DNA of 64,000 nucleotides from NCBI GenBank assembly GCA_030324005.1, contig JARDVH010000106.1:39954423-40018422 (forward strand), given 5' to 3'. The DNA comes from Negaprion brevirostris (taxonomy: Eukaryota). The position numbers were made by a program, and so were the translations under genes. The notes beneath the pieces are model-generated. The model searched no databases and was not told where the DNA came from. It saw only the letters and a program-made list of their open reading frames with translations. The number at the start of each line of letters is the position of its first letter. Position 1 is the stretch's first letter. Below are positions 50,496 to 64,000 of the stretch, one piece after another.

Positions 50496-51949
50496 TTGTT
50501 GGTGACAGGCCCAGCTAGATTTGTAGACCTGACCCCACTGACATAAGCAGTAATATCATCTTTATCTCATATTGTAAAGTGATTTTCTAATTTGGAAATA
50601 TCTGTAGTATTTGCAATAAAACTTGAAGCTTCCAAATGTTTTGGTGGTTCATTTCAGCTGTTACAAATGAAGCAATCTTGGTACCAACATAATCAGACAT
50701 TTGCAGGAGGCATGGAAGGTGGAAACAAAACTGCACCTGTTATTGGACAAATTTGCACAAGAGTGCTACATTACAAATCAATGACACAGTTAATAAACAG
50801 TGCTGTGCTAAATTCCAAACAGATGCTCATCTAGAATAATGTCCTACACAGTGAAAGACATCCTTTTGCTTTCCAGGAGCTTAGATATTTTTTAAAAAAT
50901 CTCAAAACCGTGGACTGCCTTCACACGCATGTCTACATATGTATAACACAAGCTTCAAAAACCAGATTTTGTTGCAAGTCATGACCAAATAAAAAAGTAG
51001 TGAAGGCCGCTGATAGTCACCCTTTCCCCAACACAGGTTAAAAAAATGTTTTTGTACAATATGGCAGAACATTTGCTCTGAGAAGGGGTACAGGGAGAGG
51101 GATATTCAATATAATGTATGCCTACCCTTCTCCTCACCTACTTGCATTTTAAACTTGTTTAAGATTTTATCTACCTATAGAAGTAGTCTGACCTTGAACA
51201 GCCTCCATTGGTATTGTTGCAGGGTGACCAATTCTCATGGAAAGAGTGAATGAAAGTACAGCCTATCTTGGGGCACTGGACAAGTTAGGGGAGGACAGCG
51301 CTAAGTAGATGCCTCAGCTGGGGTAGGGGGTGGGGAAAAATTTCCCACAGGTGAATTTCCTGAGAGATCTTCCTTTGTTACCCAACACACAGTGGATTTG
51401 GAAACCCACTGGTGAGCAGTATGAAACTGATTTGCATCCCTAACAGGATGTAGATGAAGGTCCAACAAGAATCTTTCTCCCCTACCATTTTTCCTGTGAT
51501 TCTAGCAGGAAAACACAGTCCAGAACACACATCTGGAACAACGTGGTAGGCAGAAGTTGGGACTTACCTGAAGAACGCCTATGTCTGCTTCTGGAATTTG
51601 GGATGGAGGCTTCCAATGACCTTGGAACACATCAGCAGTGAATGGGGGTGGGGGACATCTCTTAAGTGGAAGTTCCAGCCTCAGGTGTCATCAAGGAGAC
51701 CTTTCTGCAACATTGAATCAGTGATGTTGGGTACCTTTTCAATGTGACACCCAGATATGATGGTGGGACATGCACAATCTAGCCTGCCTCATTATGGAAT
51801 ACAGTGCTAAATACTCAGATGCATAATTAATGAGTTCAGAGCCAGGAGATATGACAGTGTTCCCACTGTCGAGGCTGACAGGGAACCATAAGTCCCACCT
51901 CTGTGGTGGGACTTAGTCCCAGAGATGGGAGAATTCTGTCCAAAGCATT

Positions 51950-53955
51950 TGTTTAGTTCCTCTGCATTTTCTTATTCTCCATTATCTGCCTATATTGCAC
52001 ACACATTTGTCTTCGCTAATTTTTTCCTTTATACATAACTACAGAAGTTTTTACAGTCTATTTTAACATTTTTCATTCTTGTATTTGCTAAAATATTCTA
52101 TTTTTTCTTTTTGTCAATTTTTTGTCCTTTTTGCTGAAATCTAAAATATTCCTAATTTCCAGGCTTACCTTTTTTGGCAACTTTACAAACCTCGTCTTTT
52201 GATCTAATGCCATCTTTAACTTCTGTGCACCATGATTGGATCATCTTTCCTGCTCAATTTGTGCACCTCAAAAATGTAACATTGTTGTAAACCCTGTATT
52301 AATTCTTAAAATCCAAACTGTTGCCTGTTCTATCATCATACCCTTCAAAATAGTTTCCCAAACTACCACGGCCAATTTGCCCCTCATACATTTTAGTTTT
52401 TGTTTAGAGTTAAGATCCTGGTTTCAGATTCAAACTTAATATAAAATTCCATCATATAATGTTCACTCTTCCCTAGAAGCTCGTCTATAATTATATCATT
52501 AATTTGTCTGTTCTCATTGCACAATTTTCGATCAAAAAAGCACTTGAGTTGTTTCCTCAACGTACTAATCCACATATCCATGTCATATACATTCCAGAAT
52601 TTGTCCTATACAGTATTAGTGCTAATTAGGTGTATGTAGATTGAACTCCTTCATAATTATTGCATTACCCTTGTTAGATACCTGATTTTTGAATTCCTGA
52701 TTCATACCATGCCTTACATTACCCCCACTGTTTGGCTTATAAACTACCCCAACCAACGTTTACTGCCTCTTGTTTCTTAGAGCCACCCAAACTTATTCTA
52801 AATCTTATGATCGAAGTTCCTCTCACTAACATACTGCAATTATCTTTTATTAACAGCACTATCCCACCTTCTTTTTGCCTATCCTTCCTAAATTTTAAAA
52901 ACCCTTGAACATTTAGTTCCCAGCCTTGGCCATTTTGAAGTACAACCATAATAGCAATTAGAACAGGCCTTTTACTTCTATTTGCACCATCACTTTGTCT
53001 ATCTTGTTGCAAATGTCGAGTGCCTTTAATTCTGTTTTTTTATTGTTTAGCAACCTCTAGACTTATCTAGCAGTTCATTCTTACTTATTGTATGCTCTGT
53101 TCCTTCCTGAACCACTTTAGATTATCAATTGCCGTATTGCTACCTTGCTCTTTTGTATTGTCCTGTATTTATCACATCTTCCCTAACTTGATTCCTCACT
53201 CCTACTATTTAGTTTAAAGCCCTCCCTACTGCCCAGTTATATGACATGCCAGAACATTGGTCCCAGTTGGTTCAGGTGAAAAAACTGTCCCAACAGTACA
53301 GCTCCCACTTCCCCCAATACAGGTGTCCCAAACCAGTCTTTGAGCTACACATTTAACACTCATCTTTTTATCTTATTCCAATTTGTTAATAGCTCTGGTT
53401 ATAATCCAAAGATAACAACCTTTTACTTCTGCTCTTTAGTTTAACTCCCAGTTGCTTATACCATCTAAGCAGAATCTCTGTCCGAGTCCAACATCATTGG
53501 TACCATGTGTATCATGACAACTGACATTCCCCTCCCACTTGCAATTAGCTATTCCAGCTCAAAACAGATGCCTGACCCCTTGGCATGAGGCAGGCAACAC
53601 AGACTTCTGGGCTTTTGCTTCCAGCTGCAGAGAACTGTGTCTATCTTAACTATACCATTTGCTATTATCACAACATTTCTATTAAATTCCTCCACTTGAC
53701 TGGCTTCCTATACTATGGGGCCAGGATCTGTTTGTTCATTCACTCTGTAGCCACTACTTTCATCCATATATGCTGCAAAAACCTCAAACATACTGGACAA
53801 TTGTAAAAGTGGAGACTCTTCCATTTCTACCTTTCCGATCTGCCTCACTCACAGTCACACCCTCCCATCTCTGACCATGGACCAAATAAGATGACACTAT
53901 CCCAAGAGATGTGACAGTCTCCTGGAGCAAAATGTCCAGGTAAACATTTCCCCTC
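51950..53955 (-). mobile_element. Decayed CR1 LINE 5' region (ORF1 end and endonuclease)
   Basis: GQGWELNVQGF..FRKDR..GG..LLIK and LGKSEHYMMEF. Confidence 0.85.
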
Positions 53956-54924
53956 CCTGCTATCCAAGGACATGAATAGGTGGATTGGCTATGCTAAATT
54001 GCCCCTTAGTACCAGGGGGGCTAATTAGGGTTACAGGGATAGGGTCAGGATCAGATTGTGGTCAGTGCAGACTCGATGGGCCGAATGGCCTCTTTCTGTA
54101 GGATTGTGTGTCACAGTGTCTATAGCACAGCCTCTAGGTGAATGACTAAGCTGAAGTTCCTCAAGCTGCAGGCACTTTTTAAAAATTTGCTTACAGGACA
54201 TGGGCGTTGCTGGCTAGGCCAGCAATTATTGCCCATCCCTAGCTGCCTTTCAGAAGGTGGTGCTGAGTTGCTTTCTTGAACTGCTACAGTTTTTGGAGGT
54301 GTAGGTACATCCGCAGTGCTCCTTTGGAGCAAGTGAAATTCTGTGGATGAGCAGCCAATTAAGCTGCAGACATTTGTGCCCTAGATCACATAAGTGTGCA
54401 CGAGCTTCCAGATTCTGCAGCTACAACATATCAACTGCCTGGCCATTTTTAGAGTGTTTAGATAATTATTTTACTGATTAAGTTTTAATTAATATCTTTA
54501 ATCTTGCCTGTGCTTATATTTGTATTATATCAATAAATATGTTATTGAATCCGGATTGAAATTCCCTCATGAAGATAAATAGGGATTACACACCAGCCAA
54601 TCTAATAAGCTTTACTGATGTTAGTAAACTTTACTAATAAAATCCTAAAGTTCCCTGAATAATGGAAGGTAAATGAGAAAAACGCTCAACTATTATCTGT
54701 TTTCCTGCGAGACCACTCTGATTTTGCTCAGGTTGCAGTCGGTCTATTCAGGAGCCATGGATTGAATGCGATAGCTTTTTTTCAAAAAAGGCGCTGCTGC
54801 CTCTCTCCAGGTCCTCATCTCTCCCACTCTTAAAAAACCAAGAACTGCAAGCTTAAGTATAATAATATGACATCTACATCAGTTAATCTTTTCAACTTCA
54901 TTTCTTTTTGCCCTCAAACCCCTC

Positions 54925-55400
54925 CCATTGCATTGGAGGGGAAGCAGAGGAGATTCACCAGGATGCTGCCTGGAATGGTACAAAGTTATGAAGATTGGGT
55001 AGGCTTGAATTGTTTTCATTGGAGCAGAGAAGATCAAAGGGTGACCTGATCAAGGTGTACAAGATTATGAGGGACATGGATAGAGTGGATAAGGAGCAGC
55101 TGTTTCCCTTAATTGAAGGGTCAGTCATAAGGGGACATAGGTTCAAGGTGAAAGACAAGAGGTTTGGCGAGGGGCGAGGAAAAATTTTACCCAGAGGATG
55201 GTGACGCTCTGGAATGCAGTGCCAAGGAGGGTGGTAGAGGTAGGTTGCCTAGATGAGCACTTGGCACATTATAACATTCAGGGCTGTGGGCCAAGTGCTA
55301 ACAGATGGGATTAGGTGGGAGTTTGGGTGTTGCTCATTTGGGTGTTGGTGCAGACTCGATGGGCCGAGGGGTCTCTTCTGCACTGTATAACTCTATAATT
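54925..55400 (+). mobile_element. CR1 3' fragment
   Basis: QRRFTRMLPGM and LFSLEQRR.KGDLIKVYKIM. Confidence 0.9.
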
Positions 55401-57379
55401 CATTCATGGATGATCTGTGATGCTATGTGTAAGTGAATACGCATGCAATTGGAAGTGAATGGGAAGTCCTCTAGCTATGGATACAAAAGGTTTTGCTCCA
55501 ATCATTCAGTAACCTCCAATTTCACTTCATCTCATGTTTGCACTGTCTTGAAACCTGATGTGCAGTACCCTGGGTAATCAAGTAGTAATATATTCAAAAT
55601 CTGCACACACTTTCTGCCTAAAAAAATCTTAATTTCTCTTGTCAATTATTCCTATTGTAGGTTCCTTTGGGACAGCTAATAATGAAAGCTTCCTATGTAA
55701 ACATATCACATTGCAACTCTCTTCTCACCAATCGTGATATCTAGCACCTGAATTATGTTTCTCTTAGCCCTCTGCTAGTACTGCAGGAAACTCATGCTCC
55801 AAATCAAGCAGATTCCTCTTTACCAAACTACCACAATTTTTGCTACTCAAGTACAAACAAAATCAAAATATTGTATAAAATACAGTCAGAAATATAACTT
55901 TAAAATAGGATGAAATACATCTGTGCACCCTGGTCTAATTATCCTTCACTTCCTAACCCATTTTCTTTGCATTAGTCCCCTTATGCAACACATTGGAAGT
56001 TCAGTAATGTACCTTTGTACATTGATTATTGAAGAACAACATGGACAAAGATTGCATTGTTTAAGAGGAAAAAAATTAAATCATGTAAAATAAAATTTAG
56101 GCGTGGACTTATTTATTTATGGATTGTTCTGCATTCTTGAAATAAATGATGCATTCAGAGTTCAAGTTGCAGAAAGGAACTTTGTTTAATAGACAGGTCA
56201 GATAAGAACGTGTACACAGAAGAATATGTTCTTGGATAGAGAGAGCTGAAATACAGCTTTTTACACAGCTTTGACCCTATGAGAAAAGAATCAAATGCAG
56301 GAGGTAGAAAGTGCAAATGGTCCTAAATGATGAATTGTTTAAGTTCTATACATAGGTGCTGATATTCAGTTGTTCCTAGTTCATTTTAATTTACTTCTCC
56401 GTGGCTTTCTGTCGCTTCCAAGTCAGGTGGGAAGACAAACTCAATGAGGTGTGGCAGAATAACTGTGTTCATGAAATTTCCCTAGGTTAGAATAAACTTG
56501 CATACAGCCCATGGTTGAGTGGCATCAAAGCATGTCACAAACAGTGGTGCAGAGATGCACAAAAATGCAGAAATCCCCTCAAGTTACTCATGACTAGTTA
56601 ACGGATACATGGTTTTGATAAGTTAGAAGAATGAACCATGGGAAAAAGGTAAGGAGGCAAACACAATCCTGAAGAAAAGGTGAGCCCCACTAGCAAGCCT
56701 TTTAAAGAATTACAGATAACACCTAACCAATTAAGTGACTCCTAGCCACTAAAACTTGGACTTTGCTTTAACTCTTTGGTTCCAGATTTCATCACAATCT
56801 TGATCAAGATCAGAAACTAAATTCCATCAATGGTGTAAAAGTATCTGTCCTCAACAGCAAAGAGCCACCTTCAATTAATTGACTGTGACAATGGAGAGAT
56901 CTAGCAAAACTAGGATCATTGGAGACAGCTTGTGGGTTTCAGAGGCCAGTCATCAGAGCATCAGGATATTATCGGAGGAGTTAATTGACCTAACTACCTT
57001 CATCTACTCAAATAACTGTCTCTTCACTACAAGCTCAGGAGTAGTGACGTTTGCTAATAATTCTATGGTTGGGCTCATTCACGGCTCTTTTGATAATTTC
57101 TGCCTTAGATTAGCAAGCAGTAGTTAACATGTTTATTTCATAAAAGCTAGGTGATGACCAGCTCTGACAAGAACAGGGTCGACCATCTCCTCCTGAACTT
57201 CAAAGCAACTATCATCGAGTCCCACGAACAGCCAGGTGTCCCCATTAAATTGAAGCTCAAAAGACAGGAAGCTACCATTTGGTCCATTATGCCTGTGTCA
57301 TCTCTTTGATCAACTTATCCAATTAATATAACTCCCCTGCCAATTTCACTGTAGCCCTGTAATGTTTCCNNNNNNNNNN

Positions 57380-57950
57380 GAGGCCAGAATTTTCCCATAA
57401 ATGCAGAGCGCTGCCTCAGGCGAGAAAACCAGTGTGAAGCTCTCAGACTGTATAGCCAGCTTTTCTTGCTGCATTGGACAGGACTCTGAAATTTCAAAGG
57501 GGAAGTGAGATTCACAAAGTCCACTGGAGGGATGGGACCTAAGAAATCCAAGATGAGGAAAAGGATGCCCTGACCTCAGAGGGTACTGCCAGAGGGCAAT
57601 ACCCAGGTTTGTCCATTACTACTCCAGGAGCTAAATTTAGCAGTGCATGACCAGCCTGGTCATCTTGACTGGTTTTTGTTAATGTAAACCAGTAGTGATT
57701 CACGCCAGCATAATGTCATTCCAGTTGGGTAGGTATTTAGGTTGAGGATGGAAGTAATGACATCAAGCCCATCAATGTACTGTTAATATATGCAAATCAG
57801 GCTCATGCCCTTCTTGGATGTGAACTGGATTAGGTTACTGGTGGGGGCAGTAAGGAAGATCTGTTTTTGAATTCTTGTGTTTAAGCAGCCATTATGGGAT
57901 TTGCACCCACGGTTAACGGGACCATTGGAATGTGGTCAAAATTTTCTGCT
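57380..57950. mobile_element. Non-autonomous DNA-transposon-like element inside relic R10
   Basis: ggccagaattttccc terminus typical of this family. Confidence 0.5.
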
Positions 57951-58809
57951 AATTAATCTAGCAAAATTAAAATGGAGAAATTGAAAATAAAAGTAATTAA
58001 TTTTATATTTACAAAAGTTGCACTGAAGAATGCAATCACGTAAAAATATATTTTACATTCCTTTATATTCTTCTGTCAAATGGGAATTTCTTCCACGAAC
58101 ACTTGCTTTAAGAATTTGAACATGTAAACTTGGTTAATGCAAGTAACCAAAGTACAGCACAAGAACCCAAGTTGCCCAGCAACTCTTTTGCTTTGGTAGC
58201 TTTGTTTTTATTCAGAATTGCATAATTGAACACAATTGCAGCAGCTAAATGACAAATCATATTATCTGTCACTGCAACTATTATTAAAGGCAACACTGAA
58301 GTGTTGTGCTGAATCTATTGTATAGATACGCTGTAGCAAAAACACAATTAATGCTGATTATGCAGATCAGCAATGTCCAGGTTTAATATCTGGGCTGTTC
58401 TTGGTGACCCTGGATAGACAAAGGAGTTTCTGTTATTAGCAAATCTAATGGACATCAAGAAACAACTGATTCACAAGCCATAAAATGCCATGGTTAGTTA
58501 GGTTTGAGATGACAATGAGCTATTTAGTGGGGATGTTATAAACATGACTGAGTATCTGGAGAACTGGAAAATACTGGAAGACAGAATGAGATCTTCCTTA
58601 CCGCTCCCGCCAGTAACCTGATCTAGTTCACATCCAAAAAGCCTGATTTGCATATATTAACAGTACATTGATGGGCTTGATGCCATTACTTCCATACTCA
58701 ACCTAAATACCTACCCAACCGGAATGACATTATGCTGACATGAATCACTACTGGTTTACATTAACAAAAACCAGTCAAGATGACCAGGCTGGTCACGCAC
58801 TAGTAAATT
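57634..58809. repeat. Inverted repeat, ~225-bp arms (57634-57862 and 58589-58809), ~726-bp spacer
   Basis: Direct comparison shows about 13 substitutions and one short indel between the arms. Confidence 0.95.
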
Positions 58810-59690
58810 GTATGAAATGTATCAAAAGTATGAAGTATGAAGATCAGTATACTAATAGTCCAATATGCGGAATGTCAATTGGAACCTAGAGAAGAGAAAC
58901 AGACTGAAGGTGTAAAGATTATGGATGAAAATTTGGAGAAAGTGGGACACTTCGAGTATCTGGAGTCAATGGTGGCAGAAGATCAAAGGTACGGGATTGA
59001 AAATTAAACAGATTAGCTCTTGTAGGAGTAATTGCAAGGGAGGTACAGCGGAGTGTTATGTGATAGAAAGGCACCACTGAAACGGAAGTGAAGAACCCGA
59101 TTTTACCATTGCATTATGCCCATTTTCAGGCACAAGACTTGGTAAAGTCAGGCATGAGGTGAACAGTGCGATCTGTACCCACATCCACACAGATTCCCAC
59201 TTTACCAAGGCCCAAAAATGCCACGATTGGCACCATGCCCAAAATGGGCACAATGTCAATTTAAATGCATTTGCCTGTTCAGACATGCTCAGCAAAGGTC
59301 TGTTTCGGGCACTCCAGCTTCTGAAGAGGTAAGTTCAAAGATTCCGGCGGCTCTCTAACTCAGGTCGGTGGTGCTGGAGGGTGGAGGATGGGGGGAGTAC
59401 ATCTGGGGAGTCTGTGATGATTGTGGCAGCATCAAAGAAAGCTGCTCAGAACAGACTGAATACAGTGTGATATCTGTTGCGGAGAGAGAGGAAATGTGGT
59501 GAAGATGAAAACATCAGGAAGACAAGAAGAAAGCCCAAGACTAGTTGGAAGGATGCAGTGGTGGTAGGCCTAAACACACTGGGATTGGGAGAGGAATGGG
59601 TTACTGAGTAAAGATGGGGAAGGATGATCAACATACTGTGGCAATGCCAATGAGAGAAGCTGAAAGGAGAAGGTCAGGCAACGATTGAAT
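58450..59690 (+). mobile_element. Decayed RTE LINE inside relic R10
   Basis: MKIS..., LEKVGHFEYLESMVAED; homologous to 12600-13265. Confidence 0.7.
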
Positions 59691-62094
59691 CAATTTCCCA
59701 TGGCTACCAGAGAGAGAGAGAGAGAGAGAGAATTGAAGTCATTTCAAATGATATAGAATAAATGTTCCAATTTGGGACAAGCAATAATTGGCAGCAAGTG
59801 AAAAGATAAATTTCAAACAACAATGGACAAAATTTGTCCAATTGAGGGTTTGTTTTAATCCAATTAGAATTCACAGATTTCCAAAACAGAACTGCAAAAC
59901 TTAGCTTTTTTTTGAGACCACGCAGTTCTCCACATGAAGTAAATTGAAATGATTCCTTTCTAGAAGCAATAAACAAACATACTGAAACATCATATTTTCA
60001 ATAACCTGAAGCGCTGTGTAGTAAAAATTATTGTACTATAAGCATGTCCATAGGGAGCTTCTAAACAGGCATGTATCAAACCAAGGCATATCTATTGATT
60101 TCAAACCCAAGCTGAATCATCTCCTTCATGGCAAAGTGGAACACATTTTAAAAGTGCATTCAATGTGAAAATAAAAATATAACTGACCTTGTCCTGACCA
60201 TTGTTTAGATTGATAGCGTGATTAAAACAGCCAAGCAAGCTCTAGTTAGATTTTTGAGTTGTTTCCAAGCTCTTCTTTCCAATTCGAACATTGCAGTATA
60301 AAACACCTACTCCAGCACATTATGACAGTACAAACATACTTCCTGGCTGCACATTCATGTGGTAGACCTTTAGCAGTAATATACTGTAGCTATAACCCAT
60401 GTCTATTTTTATCTAATAGACTCTCCTCCATTTCCCACATTGATCTGCTAAAGATGGATAACTTCAGCCCTTATTTCTAGCTCTTGTCATCTTCTCCCAG
60501 TTTACTCCCCCTAATTCTTCTGCTTAACATCAATGCTGCTTTGCATCTTTGGCCCTTCAGTGTCTCATTCAAATGCCTATTTTCCAGTGTAATCCAAATT
60601 AGAATCCTCTGCACTATTAGTCAACCCTGCATTCATTCATGATAGCTAGAGAATAGTAGGTAGGAGGAGAGCCCTGGCTAATTATATCTATTCCTGAGGA
60701 AGTCATGAGAAACTTTAGCACTGTAGTTTAGAACTGTTAACCTAGCTCAGAAACAAACTCTGGTTTGTACATGTAGGATCCATAAACCTCTGAGATCCAG
60801 GGCAGTGTAAGTGGGGGTACCCCAAAGATGTCCTCACTCCTCAGATAAGATTTGCACAAGGGCCCGAAAAGTGCAAACATCCGATGGGCAATTGCCCTGA
60901 ACAAGAAATCATCTGACAGTGCAATTTGAGGCACAAGCTTTGACAGTTCAGACTGCCTTACACCTATAGTGACACAAAGCAAAGTCAGAAGAATTAAAAC
61001 CACTTCTCATTTCTGGATAATGATTGTACAGAACTCTACTGACCACCCACAGGACTAGCCTGACACCCCTAACTTCATTGGAGATCTTCCACTCCCACTA
61101 CAATACTCCCCCCACACCCTAAACCCTGATGGGACTCCCGTGCATGCCCCCCTCACCAGATTCTCTCCAATGCCCTAACAGACACCCCCACCCCCCAGAC
61201 CCAACCTGATATCTCCCTGGCTCTTCTCTCATCAACTGTGATACCCACCCTGCCCCCAATGTGTGACCACCCGAGTGCCAGTGACCTGCCAATTGGTGGC
61301 CTGCCCCAAAACTGCCTGACCACCCCCACCGAGTGGCCGACCAACCCCATTAGGGCCAAGCAGGGTGGTAGAGGCAGACACGCTGGGATCATTTAAGACT
61401 TATCTGGATAGCCACATGAACAGACTGGGAATGGAGGGATACAAACGAATGGTCTAGTTGGACCAATGAGCGGTGCAGGCTTGAAGGACCGAAGGGCCTG
61501 TTTCCTGTGATGTACTGTTCTTCGTTCTTTATCACCCAGTGATGGAACCACTCCCACACTCCATCCATCATCCTGGGATGCACAACCATTCCACATTGAG
61601 TGTATGGTGTTGATAGCCACTGAGGAAGTTCAGGCCCTATTTGTTTGTGATTAACTGGCTCAATGTTTGATTACATGGGTCTAGTAGCTGATCTAAGTTC
61701 ATTATATGCGATTGATTAAGCCTGGATGAAATTAAATACTCAAAAGCAAATGGAAGCTGAGCTGGAATGATGGTATGGATGTTTTAAGGCATTGTATAAA
61801 ATTCTTTAAATAAAGTTCCTCCACATTTAGAGCGTTATCTGTTTTGCTTTGAGGCTAATCAGATATACAAAATTACAGCCTTGCTGTTTCTCCAAAAACA
61901 CCAGCAAGAAAACCCGCAGCAGAGATGTATCATCAGTAGGACTGCAAAATCCTGCTGGCACAAAATGGAGCAAGATTTCAGCAGCTATTTCCATTAGTGG
62001 AGTAATTCAGAACAAAGGGACATAATCTTAAAATTAGCGATAACCTTTCACAAAGTGAAATCAGGAAACACTTGGCCAACTAAGGACGTCTTGT

Positions 62095-62400
62095 TGGCAC
62101 AGTGCATAGCACTGCTGCCTCACAGCGCCAGGGACCCGGGTTCAATTCTGGCTTCGGGTCACTATGTGGAGTTTGCAACTTCCCCAGGGAGACTGTGTGG
62201 GTTTCTTCCAGGTGCTCCGATTTCCTCCCACACTCCAAAGATGTGCAGATTAGGTTGACTGGCCATGCTAAATTGCACCTTACTGTGAGGGGAACTAGGA
62301 GGGTAAATAGATGGGGTTACGGGGATAAGGTCTGAGTTGGATTGTTGTTTATGCAAGCTTGATGGGCCAAATGGTCTCCTTCTGCATTGTAGGGATTCTA
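62095..62400 (+). mobile_element. HE1 V-SINE inserted in a CR1 3' fragment (~61990-62600)
   Basis: Complete head, V-domain and tail; CR1 sequence resumes on both sides. Confidence 0.9.
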
Positions 62401-62794
62401 TAGCTATGCAAAGGGCAGCAAAAATCTAAAAATACTCTGCCCTAAAAGGCTATGGATATTGGGGCAATTAAACTTCCAGAAGAGATAAACAGATTTTTAT
62501 TAGGTAAGGTTGTCAAGGAGCCACAAATGGTTCAACCATGATGTAATTGAACGGTGGCAGCACAGGTTCAAGAGATTTCATGATTTAACTTTTCTTCCTA
62601 TGGCTTGAAGTTTATATTTTGTTCTGAGCCAAGCCATGAGTTGAATTTGGTTTGCATACCCTGAGCATGTGCTGTGTAACAAATCTGCGAGGATGTAATT
62701 TTTCTCTTTCTAGCATTTTTCTTAAAATGGTTTACAAAATTATTTACATTAAAATCAGAGGCCATATATCACAAATAATTTAGAAAGGTGAAAA

Positions 62795-62985
62795 AGACTT
62801 GAATTATACAGCACCTATCATGACTATTGCATGTTCCAAAGCACTTTAAATGAAATATTTTCAGAATGTAGTTACTTGTTGTAGTATAGGAAATGCGGCA
62901 GCCAAATTATGCAAAGCAAGCTTCCACAGAGAGCAATGTGATAATGGCCAAATAATCTGTTTTTGTGACGTTGATTGAGACAAAA
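62795..62985 (-). mobile_element. DeuSINE 3' fragment
   Basis: gtaggaaatgcggcagccaaattatgcaaagcaagcttccacagagagcaatgtgataatg. Confidence 0.65.
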
Positions 62986-64000
62986 TTCATAAAGTGCTTT
63001 CTTTTCTGAAAGCAATGAAGATGTGTATGAGAAAGAGAAAAACAGTTCTTCTCACACCTGCGGCAGCCTGTGTGGTGTTCTATACATAAGGGAGAAAGAG
63101 AGATACAAATATTAACAGTTCACATGCAGTGTGCTGTGCGACCAGACATCCCCAACTTGAAAACATGTTTTCACAAAACAGCCCAAATGACACACCATGA
63201 AGGCTGAAATCATCCTGTTCAGAATGCATCCCAAGCTAGGAACATCTAATAAGAGAAATAATTTAACTGCAGGAATCCCAGTTACTACCTGAAGGACTTA
63301 ATCTGGTGACAGCTATTATGGCTCCAAGTTCAAACCAAGAGTTAAAACTGATTTTGCAGAAATTGTGGGCACTAGTCTAAATTAGCCGTGAACCAAAGAC
63401 ACAAATGCTAAAGAGTTGCCAAGAGGCAGCCAGTGTAATCATTGCAGAAAAGCCTGTTCCAATATGCAAATTCTCTTGTCTCGTTAACTTTAATTTCTTG
63501 TCCTGGAATTAGGGTTCCTTGATCATCAGAGGCACTGGCGGTGTTAGTCAATCTGCCAAAAGTTTCTGCATATTAAAAATAAGGCATTGTAACAGTCGCC
63601 GTTTTTGGTTGTCAGACTATTACCACCAATTCTCTCTCCCCGATTACTGAGGTTGCAACCACCTTTTTTGACCCTGAAGTGTCCAAACCTCATCTTGTTT
63701 GTGCAAAGCTCACTCTGCCCTTACTCCATCTGACCACTGTTGAAAAATGCTCCAGTGTTCTGTGTCAGGTTCTCCAGATGCATCCCACACAGCATAAGCT
63801 TCATATCAGTCTCATTGAACTTAGTGTAGCTGAAAGCAATATGCCCATAATCAACCTGCTCCTTAATTTCCTGTCAGTGCAAGTTTTATTTATTGCACTG
63901 CCCAATCCCTTAAGATTGCAACACGATCACACAGCTTGAAGGGAACATTACTTGTGTTTGGCTGATTTGTTTCCAGCACACCACAGTCCCATGCAACTTA

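Larger units (their letters stand above)
45945..50850 (+). pseudogene. Paramyxovirus-like L gene relic R9, near full span
   Basis: GE...PRVE, KSIQES..K.LD, THAIF (46081-46095), CTFPEH, W-NSVY (46207-46222), AWIKKIL, AATNIAKTL (46843-46869; cf. AACSNIATTM), PGSS...DDP (47067-47102), STN..LRD (48898-48929), MEGGNK and VLNSK (ORF 50592; cf. Sendai DMEGGDHK, VLISK). Confidence 0.8.
54400..60350 (-). pseudogene. Paramyxovirus-like L gene relic R10 (the only inverted copy)
   Basis: Minus strand, in order: LGN, LE-CLAVL, CLFRS-YGH (60071-60044), AYL, QA*WT (57295-57281), LMG-D, GHHL (57159-57148), TAC-NL..LSKAV, DW-SE (56951-56938), LP.LGS, FSHRVK (56284-56270), GE-GSSA (54811-54790). Confidence 0.8.
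61600..63625 (+). pseudogene. Paramyxovirus-like L gene relic R11
   Basis: VADLSSLY, IFLKMVYKI (62715-62741; cf. LFAKMTYKM), MHPKLGTS (63224; cf. WMHPRLE.S), QKLWALV*IS (63357-63386; motif B QKLWTLISIS), KPVP, KAL*..AVF..QTI. Confidence 0.85.

Noticed and set aside
25100-64000. Exons of neighbouring host genes (e.g. DYNLT3) or further SYTL5 coding exons
   Set aside because: No matching peptide sequence was recognised.

Overview
This is vertebrate nuclear DNA, almost certainly from a shark (HE1/V-SINEs, HER1-type CR1 LINEs, DeuSINE, Penelope, L2 and RTE fragments), from a gappy assembly. The only clear host coding sequence is the first coding exon of SYTL5 on the minus strand (ATG at 24624, 119 coding nt, GT donor at 24505). 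The main discovery is that most of the apparently unique DNA between the transposons translates, with frameshifts and stops, into collinear conserved motifs of a paramyxovirus-like (Mononegavirales) L polymerase. I see about ten separate, heavily decayed L-gene relics tiled across the whole 64 kb on both sides of the SYTL5 exon. All but one are on the + strand, i.e. antisense to SYTL5, and several run from the RdRp N-terminal region to the methyltransferase. The motif matches were made by eye against remembered measles/Sendai/rubulavirus L sequences and need a frameshift-aware profile search to confirm; relic and repeat boundaries are approximate.
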